Below the pieces are notes generated by a model. That model ran no database searches and was not told where the DNA came from. It saw nothing but the letters and a program-made list of their open reading frames with translations. From the NCBI RefSeq assembly GCF_009914755.1, contig NC_060935.1: DNA of 64,000 bases. One strand, 5' to 3'. Below are positions 25,401 through 37,300 of the stretch, piece after piece. Source of the DNA: the human T2T-CHM13v2.0 reference genome, Homo sapiens. The position numbers and the translations under genes are program-made. Each line of letters begins with the position of its first letter. Within the stretch, counting starts at the first letter, position 1.

Positions 25401-28400
25401 CCGGGAGATTTGCACCCAGGTCTCTGGTGCTCACCATGACCTGAGGCAGAATGTGTGCTGGCGGGTGGGGGCAAAGACTCACGGCCACTCCTGTGGGTAG
25501 GGGGCAAGTGTAGTGCTTGTCATGGTCCTCGACATCTTGAGCCAGTAGAGGCAACTGTCCCTGCTCAGGCCCTGTAGTGTGCCAGGCTCTGGGCCCAGCA
25601 TTTCCTCACAACAGCACTCACCCGGGCCCTCTCCTTTCCAAGTTGGTATGGGGGAACCTCGACTCAGAGAGCAGCCCTAGGCTGAGTCACGCAGCCACTT
25701 GTGTTGTAGTCAGGTACTCCAGATCCTACCCAGCCCCCAGCCTGGTCTCCAGGCAGGAGGTGAGGGTCGAGGGGTTTGTCTGACAATTCTAACATTAGTT
25801 TCTCAAGAAGGGCCAGGCTGGTCAGCACCCAGTCTGGCTGGGCGGGACCTGACTACTTCTGTTATGGGGCCAGCCCTTCTGCCAGGTCAGCAGGAGAGAG
25901 GACCAGAGAGGAAGGGGTTTTGCCTGAGGTTACTCAGCAGGGTGTGTTTGGCGCCATTCCCCACTCAGGATCGATGGGGGAGCAGGGATGTGGTCTCTGG
26001 ACAGGGAGAATACCCACTGTGTGCTGAACCCGTGTCTTTCTGGGCCTAGGCTTGGTGCTGCTGAGTGGGGCTGGAGTGGCAGAGAGGACAAGAGCCAATG
26101 CTGCATCCCTACTCTGCCCATCCGTGGGATTATGGCCCGGGAGGCTGTCACATCCTCAGCCTTATACTCCTGGGGGTCATCATTCCCTCCAAGCACAGGC
26201 AGGGAAACCAAGGCCTAGAGAGAGGAGGCACTTGCCAGGCCCCAGTGTCACTGGGATCCAAACCCAGGTCTGCTGGCCTTGAAGACCAGAGTTCTTTCCT
26301 AGGCCACTCTGGGAAAGATGAGAGCTCTATAAATAAGCTGCCCATGTGGCTGTGAGCAAGTGCCCTGGCTAGTTGTCACAGACAGAGGGGGACAGCGGGA
26401 CCTCTACAGCCAGTTAGAGTCAGGGTCTGAGTGTGCAGGTAGAGAGAGGAGTGGGGGCTTCCAGAGGGGGGACCTGCGCTTAGCCCAGTGCATGCACTGT
26501 GAGGAGGAGCAGTGAGAGGGGAGGACCTTGGCCACCCACACCACCAGCCTGCTGCATGCCTGGCCTCCTGCACAGACCCTTTCCCTCCCTCCCTCAAGGA
26601 GCCTCACCCCTTCTCGAGGAATCAAGGGAGACTGAAAACTGATGGCAGGGGTGAGGGGTGGGGGAGTCTGGAGAGGAGAGGGGGCCCTCTTGACAGGGAG
26701 GCTGGGGAGGCTTCCTACAGGAGGGGATGCCTGGCCCAAGGCCTGATTGTAAGAAGAGCCCCTGTTGCCTGTGAACGCTGAGTCCTCCACCACACCATGA
26801 GGTCAGCTGCACTGGTGTAATTGGGAAACAGGCTTGGGAAGTTGGGGCTGGGTTCCTGACTGCTGAACTACCCCTTACATTCCTGACCATGGCCCTGGCT
26901 GGTGTGGGAGCAGGTGGACGTAGGCCTGTACAGGGGCTGGGACATGGGCACCCAGGGCCCTCCCAGAGAGGCCGAGGCCCCTCTACTTGTGCTGCCAGGG
27001 TTTACGTGGAGTTCCCCAAAGCACTCTTGCCACACCCAAGCCTCTGGGTGACCTCGGCTGGCTGTTGCTTGGTCCTGAGCTTGGGTTCCTCTGGCCCTCG
27101 TGGAGCTGTGTTGAGAGCCCTCAGTATCCCATGAGGCAGGGACTAGCACCCCTGTTTGCAGAGGAAGACCCCGAAACTCAGGGAGGGTAAGTAACCTGCC
27201 CAAGGCCATCGATCTGCGAAGTGACAGAGCCAGAGTCTGAACCCTGGTGGGTTGCTCCAGGGCCCAACCTTGTCTCCTCCCTGCTCCACCACTGCACTTG
27301 CACTGACCCCAGTCCTCAGCGTAGCTCCACTGGGTAGGACCTGACCTGGGATGGCCCTGGGGGCGCCTCTTTCCCCAGCACCGCAAGTCTGGGGAGAGTT
27401 GGAGAATGGGGCAGACCAGGGCTGTGGTCTCCCCCAAGTCCCTCCCAAAGCCTCTGCCCAGGTCTTCCAGGTCAGGGTGATTGGGGGCAGGGCCCATGCT
27501 GAGCACATTAGGGACTTGGGATCAGTTTTATGGCCGGGGCAGGTGGCAAAGGTGGCTTCTTGGAGGAGGTAGCAGAGCATGAGCCGGGGCTGCAGTGAGG
27601 TGTCCTTCAGCACCCCCAGACCCGTTGCTGTCCTGTCTCAGGGCCAGGGTTGGCAACACAGGGCTGTCTGTGGTGCTGAGAGGTTGACGGTGGCCAGAAG
27701 CAGTGGAGATACCAGGCCTGGGTGGCTCAGGCAGGGGTCGCCTGCCAGTTGCCCCTACTCCAGGGTAGGTAAACTTCATCTCCTTCAAGGTGAAGTTGTT
27801 ACAGGCTACCACTTGACCTCTCTGAGCCTCAGTTTTTTCTGTGTGAAGCATGGAACACTGTCTTTGAGGGGTTCAGTGAGACCCAGCTTAGAGTGGGAAG
27901 GGGACAGGCAGTAGTGCTCAGTGAGGAGGGTTAGGGAGCCTCCTCTCTGCCCGAGATAACTGTCTGGTCTCAGACATCCCTCCTCTAGCCCCAGACTCGG
28001 CCCAGGAAGTGGGGCAAGGATTGCACCTGTACCATACCCAGACTGGGAGGAGCTGGGTGGGCCAGGTGTGGCCACCTCAGCCCTTTTCTTGGCCTCAAGG
28101 GGCCAATTTAGCCCCCTTAGCCTCAGCCCCACCCCATCCACCTGAGCCACTGAAACCCAGGCCTGGTGGCAGCCAGGAGGTCTGAGGTGCAGAACCATGC
28201 CCAACTTCTGGGGGTGTTGCTGAGAGTGGGCTGGGGAGCAGCTGCTGCCTGGCCTCGAGGTGCTCCCCAGCCCTTGAGGGACTGGTTTATACCCCATCGT
28301 GGTGACCTGGGAGCTCATGGCTGCCCAGGGCTGTGGGAGGGGGCAGGAGTGGAGCACCTGTCTCACTGAGTGGCCCTGAGCCAGCCTCTGCACATCTCTG

Positions 28401-30881
28401 AGCTTCCAGCAGCAGCCCTAGTAAGCTGGGGTTCCACCCTGGGACCTCTTTTTCCCCGCTCTGGGAATTCCCAGACTTCCCCGGTCTTCCTGCCTCTTTC
28501 AGTTCACAGCTCCCTTTCCTGCCAGAGCTGGCACAGACTAGAACAATATGCAAATGAGTATAGATGCAGGCAACTCCTAGAGGCCCCATGGGATGGCGGT
28601 GCAGACAGCACCTTCTCCTGGGGCCCTCCTGGGTCCTTAGTAACAGACCCTCAGTTGAGCCACCTACTGGGTGCTACTAGCTTGCTAGCCTCCACCATCA
28701 GGTTGGCAAACACTGCAAGGACATTTACTATGTGCCAGGTCCTGGGCTAAGTTGCAGGGCAAAAGGAGGCAGAAAAGAGACAGTCCTGGGCTCCATTCCT
28801 GCTTCATCTCTTACTGGCTGTGTGACCCCCGCCAGTGACCTCCCCTGACCTCAGTTTGCCCAGCTGTGAAACAGGAATGCTCACTTCTCCTGCAAGGAAA
28901 GGCAGCAACCCAGGATGAGGGCCCGGCCTGCACAGGGCTGGGGTCCATTCCTTTCCCTGTGAGTGTGGAAGAGGGAAAGCCACTCAGCGTGGTCGCTGCC
29001 CTACTTCAGCCCCACTTGCCAGGGAACCGCTGGGCTCCTTGCTAACCTGGATTTCTCTGTTGATGGGTGGCCTTTGTCTTCCTGCCTTGGGTGTGGCCAC
29101 CGCCAAGGGAGGCCTGTGTCCAGCTGTGTTTCCAGGCAACCCTAGCCTCTGGAGGCCAGAGGGAGGTCCACAGGCTCAGGAGCCACTATCTGGGAAGCAG
29201 AGTAGCTGCCTCCCTACCTGCCCTCCTCCAGGTGGGCACCAGCCCCCACCTCCATCTCCCCCAGTGCGGCCTCTCTTAGCAGGCAGCCTGGGGAGCCTGC
29301 TGAGACCGAACTGTTCATTCTTCTCCATCCCTTGCTTAACCCTTCCTGGCTCCCATAGGCCCTAGGGGGAAGTGCAGGCTTTTTGGCAGGCAGCTGAGCC
29401 TTGGTGTGACCTGAGCACTGCCCACCAACCTTCCCAGACTCCTCCAGACTCCTCCCGTCTTCTCCGCCCTCCCACCCTCCAGATTCCCACCAGGGCGAAC
29501 CCAGCACCGCCTGTATACCAGACTCTGTGCCAGGCACTGAACGTAAATAAAAGGTTTGTGCCCTTCTCCTCCACATTCCACACGTAGGGAAACTGAGTCA
29601 CAGTGAAGTGTGGGGAATGCTTACTCTGTGCCAGGCCTGTGCTGAGTACTTAATGTGATTCTCTTCTTTCAGCCTTACCACAGCCCTCTGCAGGCAGGCC
29701 ACAGAGCCAGTGCAAGACAGAGCAGAGCAGGACTGCACCCCATACTTTGTATCCCCAGGTTAGCCCAGGGGTTCAGATCTGGGTTCTGACCCACCCCAGC
29801 CTCTGGGCTCCTTCCCCCTCAGCCTGCTCACTGGCTCTTCTAGCTCGGCATAGCTGGGCTCTCTACCAAGAGTGCCTTTTCTGCCTTCTCCCCCAAATCA
29901 GCCCATACCCGCCCAGGTCGGCACTGGGCATGGAGCAGGCAGCTCGTGGTGGGGAAAGGGCTGGGTAATAGGATCTGCATGGCACCATGAATGCTGAGGG
30001 GGAGGTGGGGGAGAGGGTACTTCCAGGAGGAAGTGACTTCGAGCTGAGCTCTAAGGAAGAGTGGGTGCTGGCCAAGCGATGAGGGGAGAGCAGAAAGCAG
30101 GTGCAGCGTGTGTGAGGGTGGAAAGCACTCAGCGTGGCAGGCGTGTGGGTGGGGGAGGTTGGTGGGGGCGCGTCACGACGCCATCCTGAGGGTGGTGGGA
30201 GCTGGCCCAGGGCCAGGGCCAGAACTGGGTGTCAGGGCACCTAGGCTGCAGGGCGGGACTGACCTGGAGGCCAGAGACAGGGCAAGGGGGCAAGAGCAAT
30301 GGGCGCAGGCCTTGGGAGAGCTTAGGGACTGTAGGGAAGGGGAGGGCCCTGCCTAGGGGAGGGGGAGTGGCGTGGCAGGGCCCGGGTGACCCCAGCGAGC
30401 TTCAGTTCTGGGAAAGGGGAAGCTGCCTGTGGCCTGGGCTGGTGGCACAGCTTCCTCTTTCTCTGAGGCCTCCAGGCTGCACCTCCCTGGGGCTCCACCA
30501 TCTGTGGCCTCAATCGTGGTCTGGGGCCCTCAGCTTGGGGGTCTGGCCGTGGCCTTTGCTAGTTGGCTTTTCTCCAGGGAATTTCTGGTTCTCATTGTTC
30601 GGGCATTTTTTTGGAGAGCTGAGTCTGAGGAAACCCTCCCCGCCTCGTGAGCCTGCTTGGAGGCCTCCCGCTTCAGACATGGGGCTGGGTGTGGAGTTTT
30701 GTGGCAAATAAAACAGACGTCCCTGCCCTCACCACTGTCTGGTGGGGGAGCAAGGAATAAACAAGTAAGCAAACAAATACTTAATCACAGCCCTCTGCCA
30801 GCAGGGCAGAGGAGAAGGGCTGTGGAGAAGGAAATCCCATGACCTACTTTAGCTTCATTACCTCCTTTAAACCCCATGACT

Positions 30882-31181
30882 GGCTGGGCACAGCGGCTCA
30901 CACCTGGAATCCCAGTACTTTGGGAGGCCAAGGCGAGAGGATCGCTTGAGCCCAAGAGTTGGAGACCAGCCAGGGCAACATAATGAGACCCCGTCTCTAC
31001 AGAAAATAAATTTAAAAATTTAGCCAGGCATGGTGGGGCATGCCTGCAGTCCTAGTTACTCAGGAGGCTGAAGCAGGAGGATCACTTAAAAGTTCAAAGT
31101 TGCAGTGAGCTGTGATCGTGCTACTGCAGTCCATCCTGGATGGCAGAGTGAGACACTGTCTCAGAAAAAACAAAACAGAAA
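30882..31181 (+). mobile_element. Alu (AluJ-like)
   Basis: Full dimer with degenerate tail. Confidence 0.9.
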
Positions 31182-31881
31182 TTCCCCAAAAACTTCGCGA
31201 CAGCCATGCCAGCAAGATGAACGTCCCCATCTCTGTAGATGAGAAAACTGAGACCCAGTGATGTGAAGGTCCCAAAGGGAGTTGGTGGCAGTGGAGACTG
31301 GGCCCCAGGCTAGGAGACATGGGAGGAGTGGCCTCTAAGCCAAGTTCCTTCTCTGCTACCCCCCTGGGGCCCCTCCTCCCCATCCAGTGTGGCTGGGTGT
31401 GGCTCTCCTCTGTCAGGCATCGGAGGCTCTGGGGCCTCACTGACTGCCCAGCCTTTAGGATGAGGCAGAGACGGATATGGGACCTTCAGATATCCCCTCC
31501 CAGCCGAGGGGGCTTCCATCTAACTGTTTTTTTGGTCACGGTTCCAGGGCCGTTTTAGACAGTGGAGGCCTTGTGGGGCAGGGTGTGAGGGGTGCTGAGC
31601 AGCAGGTGTGGACATGTGTGTGCACCAGGCCTTTCTACCTGACCGGGCAAGTCCAGTGGGGGCTCAGTCTGGGCTGAGTGTGGGGGCCGGGCAGCCAGAC
31701 TGGAGTAAGTGCTGGTTTGGGGTAATGAGAAGGTGCGTAATTAGAAGGTGCAAGGCCCTAGGTGGCAGTGTCTATGCGTGTGCTGGAGTGGGCCCTCGTT
31801 GGCTTTGAGTCTGGGCCTTTGGACCCCGCTTTCTTCCTGGAAGGTTCTAGATCACACAGCTCTGCGTCTGTCTGCAGATGA

Positions 31882-32378
<497 letters not shown>

Positions 32379-33289
32379 ACAGCCTGCCCCCACCCCCAGC
32401 ATCAGGCTCTGTCTTGCGTAGTCAGGCCTAGTGGGGAAGTGAAGCCTGAGGACTTGGGGCTCGTGGTCAGGTCTGTGGGTTAGATCCCTCAAAGGACAGA
32501 GGAGGGGCCATGGGGAGACAGGCTCGAGGTGGGAGCTGGGCCCTGACAAGGGCACAGGACACTTTGGGGCAGAAACTGGAAGGAAGACTTGTGACCAAAT
32601 TTAAGGAGTGACAGGGGACCCTCCCCAAATAGCCTGGGGGTGCCATCTGTTGGGTGTTGACTGCCAGGTGTGGCCTCCACCCTATACTGTGGCCCTACCT
32701 TCTCCTGTCCCTGGCTTTCCCCTGAGCTGGCCTGGGACCCAGAGTGGCTGCCAGTGACCTGGAGAGTCCTGAGATGATGTAACTGCTGCCCACTCCCTCC
32801 CCTGAGTGTAACTCAAACCCTGGGCCCCTCTGAGATCTGCCAAGAGGGAGGGCGGGTGGACAGATCGGTTTCCTGGGCTGCTATTCTAGGTGGGAGGGCC
32901 GGGCTGCCTGCAGGGAGAGGACTCTGAGTGATTTGGGACTACCACAGGAGGCGCTTTTCTCACCTCACCGGCCTTGGAGTCACAGCGGGGGCCTCAGCCG
33001 CGGCGGCCCTGAGCCAGTGGCTGGGTTCCCAGGCTGCCCCTGGGCTTAAGAGGCTGCGTGTGGCCTGAAGAGCACGGCTTTCCTCAGCCTCGTGCCCCTG
33101 AAGCCAGGCCTCCAGGAAGTACACAGCGGACTTCCTTGCTCTGCCACCTGTCCCTTCTGCTGTCTGATGTGAATCCTTTGTCCTGCTGTGTCCGCCTCGT
33201 CCACTGGCCGGAGGCTTCTCCAGAGCAGGCCACCGTCTGGGCCTGGGGGCCTCAGTCTCAGACCGGTGGGCCGTGACGCCACCATGGAT

Positions 33290-33480
33290 ATTTCTCTGAA
33301 GTATCACACACTGCACTCCCACTCTGCTTTATTTCGTTTCTTGGCACTTACCACCAAATGGCAGGGGCACCTCTCTGTTTGCAGTTGGGTCTCCCCTGGG
33401 ATGGAGCTCCCTGCAGACAGGGACCTTGTCTGTCTTGTTCATACCGATTTCTCCAGTGCCCGCACGCAGTAGGTGCTGGA
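33290..33480 (+). mobile_element. L2 3'-end relic
   Basis: 'gagctccctgcagacagggaccttgtctgtcttgttca...cagtgccc...cagtaggtgct'. Confidence 0.6.
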
Positions 33481-34273
33481 GAGATGACAAAGACAGAGCA
33501 CTGGCTGCCGTGACCACCCCAGCCCCATAGGTCTGCCAGGGGAAGAGCTGTGGCCAGACATGTTCCAGCCTCAAGGGAGGAGTCAGCCTCCCTGGAAGAG
33601 GTGTGGACAGTGGCCATGCAGAAGGACCAGGACCTAGATGGGGTGGGGAGCTGTGGGAGCCAGACCCACTTTGGGGAAAGCTTCTAGAGAAGCTTCTGGA
33701 AAGAGAGGCCTTCGTGTTGAGCTTTGAAGGGTAAAGGAAAAGGCCTTCCTTGGACCAGAACCAGCAGGAGTGAAGGCAGAGGCCGGGCATGCTTGCAGAC
33801 CTGTGAGGAGGAGGCGGGGGGAGCCTGAGCCTGGAGCGCTGGGCTGGAGTGTGGAGGCCGGGCTGGGGTGTTGGGTGTTGGTTGCAACCCTGTCATCACG
33901 GACACAGGCCGCCACACGCGCTTCCTTCCCCTGCTGATGCCTCGGGGCACCTGGCAGTTTAAGGAAGGGGAAGGAAGCCCTTCCTCCTCTGGGAAGCCTC
34001 CCAGCCTGCAGAGCCTTCTTCCTGCCTTCCTGCCTGTGCTGCCCCGTGAGGCCGGCTCCCAGGCAGGGCAGCCCCCTCTGCTTGGGCCTGTGCTTGCGGG
34101 TGTGGAGCCGGCCTCCCCGGGCTCTGCCTGCCCAGCAGCACCTTGCCTGCTCCCCATGAGTCCTGTCATCCTGGAAGTGGTGCTGAGGGGACAGCAGCTG
34201 CCTGCCTGTCCCTGCCGCTCTGCCGAGCCTCCTCTCCATCTGCCCTAGGCCGGCGACCACCAGGGGCCTGAGG

Positions 34274-34318
34274 ATGAAGCCAAGTCTGCTGTGCCGGCCC
34301 CTGTCCTGCTTCCTTATG
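34274..34318 (+). CDS. RELT: RELT first coding exon (exon begins at 34249; [15 protein letters not shown])
   Basis: ccctag|GCC at 34249; aggATGa; ATG|gtgagc. Confidence 0.94.
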
Positions 34319-37300
34319 GTGAGCTGGGGATGGGCCCTGGGAAGGAGAAAAGCCGCACCCTCAGCCCTGCAGCCCTCCAGCAAGAGGGTGCAGACACTCC
34401 CGGGGAACCCCCTGCTGGGCAGGGCTCAGTTACTCAGCTCGTCAAGAATCTGAGGCAGCTGGACCCTAGGAAGCACCTCTGGGCCCACCCAGGCTTGTCA
34501 GGGAGATGGAGAATGAAGGGCTTGCTGGCATTTATGGGCAAGGCAGGCATGGCTGAGGGCAAGATGCCCATTGGCACGCAGGCATGAGAACGGAGCCCAG
34601 CCCAGAGGGTATGCTGGGCACCAAGAGGAAACTGGGCAAAAGAGGCCTGGGATTTGGACCCTGAGAGCCATAGCACCTCAGGTGCTGGGGTTCAAGATCT
34701 GTATTGGTCTGGGGGATCCCAGATTCCAGGTCCCAGGATCACAGGATCAGGCCAGCTGCCCGGAGCTGCAGGCAAGTCCACATTACAGACTTGCAGCATC
34801 TTGGGGTCTGCCCTGGGGCCCATCTTTCTGCTGTGACGCTAGAAGCTCAGGGAGGGTGAGACTTGGCCTTGGGCCTTGCTAAGGGTTGCTCCATGTACAG
34901 GAGGCCTTCCAGCCTTAGCAGGTGCTGGGAGCCGCTCTGGGGTCTGAGGAGATCCCTATTCCATCTCCAGGGCAGCTGATGGTAGCCTCATCCAGCCTAG
35001 GCCAAATTGGGGGACTCTAGGAGGGATTCAGGAGAGACAGTTCATTCCTAAGAATGGGAAGCAGAGAGAACTCCTAGTGAAATGGGCTGGGGACACACAC
35101 TGAGAAGATGGAGCTTTCTTTTGGGATGCGTCTCCCTGTTTGGGTGTGTGGGTGTGAATGGGGTAGCCTCGCCTTGAGGGAAGATTGCAGAGGAGGATGT
35201 GGTCCTGGAGACTTTCGCTGAAGGGAGAGCCCAGAATAGGAAGCGCCACCTGCAGACTTGGCTCCAGGGATTATAAATGAGGCTGGTTAATGATATGCCC
35301 AGCTGTGATGGGGCCAGGGATGGACCCAAAGTAGGAGGAAGTGGGGGCAGAATACGAGAGAGGATTCGGAAGCATTTCCTCCTCATCGTTCTGGTTAGCT
35401 GGAAGGGCTTGAGATCCTGATGTGGCCTTATCTGGGGCTTTCCAGCACTTTCCAGAGCCAGATGTGGCTCTCTCCTTGCCCAGGTACTGGTCTTGCAGCA
35501 GGTCTGGGACAGGACAGGTTTTCCTCAGTGTGAGGGATTGAGGTTAGAAGAGTGTGTCCCTGAAGCCCGGGTGGGGTAGTCAGTGGTCCCTACCACTGGG
35601 GTTTCAGGAAATAGGTGGGGGATAGATGACCCCAGAGACCCCACACCCAGCACTTTCTGCCTCTTTCAATGCCTACTGTTCTTCTAGCTGCTGCCCTGGC
35701 CTCTCGCCACCCTGACATCAACAACCCTTTGGCAGTGCCCACCTGGGGAGGAGCCCGACCTGGTGAGCATTGCCCTGCTCTCCTGCCTGTCCTGGGAGGG
35801 CCCTGAGGGCCAGGGGCAGAGTCCTGTGCCTGGCCCCCAAGGGTCCTCAGGCTTGGCTCCTGGCCATGCTCTCACCCTTTACCTCCCACAGGACCCAGGG
35901 CAGGGCACATTATGCAGGCCCTGCCCCCCAGGCACCTTCTCAGCTGCATGGGGCTCCAGCCCATGCCAGCCCCATGCCCGTTGCAGCCTTTGGAGGAGGC
36001 TGGAGGCCCAGGTGGGCATGGCAACTCGAGATACACTCTGTGGAGACTGCTGGCCTGGGTAAGCCAAAGGGAGTGCGGGGAGGGCTCCTGGCTGGGTGAC
36101 CAGGACTCTGGATCCTGGGGCCCCAGCCTTATTGTACCCTGAGCAGGCCTCATTCTTCCCATCTGTGAAATGGGATGGGGCAGGACCACGGAGGGTGCCT
36201 GGTAGGAAGGAATCCAGCCTCTCCTAAGGATAGTGTTTGGGGAAACTTCTGGGCCTCAGTGGTATCTTCCCTCCTCGCAGGTGGTTTGGGCCTTGGGGGG
36301 TTCCCCGCGTTCCATGTCAACCATGTTCCTGGGCACCTCTGGGTACTCATGGCTGTGATGGTGAGTGGCAGACTGGGGCTAGGACTGGTGCAGGGGTATG
36401 TGCGGGAGGGGCCAGTGAGTTGGAGCCCAGCAGCCTCTGCAGTGTTCATGTGGGGGCAGTGGGGTCCTTCTTCCAGCCCAGGGCAGGGCGTGCAGCCAAA
36501 GGGTCTCCAGCAGGGCACAGTCAGCCGCTCCCCTGGCTGTTTCTGCCCACCATGCTTCCGAGTGGCAGAGAGTGTCCTGCAGATGGCAGCCACAGCTGGG
36601 GGCTGGGGACTCACATACTGACCTGTCCCCTGTCCCCATCCCTTCAAAGAGATTCATGCCAGCCAAGTGCAGTGGCTCATGCCTGTAATCTCAGCACTTT
36701 GGGAGGCCAAGGCAGGAGGATCACTTTGAGACCAGCTTGGGCAACATAGCAAGACCCTGTCTGCAAAAAATAAAAATAAAAAATTAGCCGGGCGTGGTGG
36801 TGCTACTCGGGAGGCTGAGGCGGGAGGATTGCTTGAGTCCATGATTTTCATGCTGCAGTGAGCTGTGATCGCCCCACTGCACTCCAGCCTGGGCAACAAG
36901 TGAGACCCTGCCTAAAAAAACCCATGCAGATGAGTGTGCGCATGCAAACACTCACATACCCACACGCACCTCCTCCCGCCACTGAGTCAGTCACCCCCTG
37001 AGGCACTAGATTCATGGCCAGGCCACAGGGAGGCAGATCCCACGTCCCTGTGCCCAGACATGTGTCCTGTGTGCCATCTCTTCACCCCCTGACCCCAGCG
37101 TGAGGGGAGGGTGGGGCTGGGTGTCTGGCCGTCCTGAGGAGGCCTTGTTCAGGACAATGCTTCGATGGCCAGAAGGGAAAACAGGAGGGCAGTGGGTTGA
37201 CCTTTGCATCCCCAGCATGGCGGGGAGTGGGCTCCCCTGGGCACATTGGCTCTCCTGCAGCCCCCACTGACTCGGGCCCTGGGCCCCTGTCTCTCTGTGT

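Noticed and set aside
33634-34383. 249-aa minus-strand ORF over RELT exon 2
   Set aside because: GC-rich antisense frame with no coding signature.
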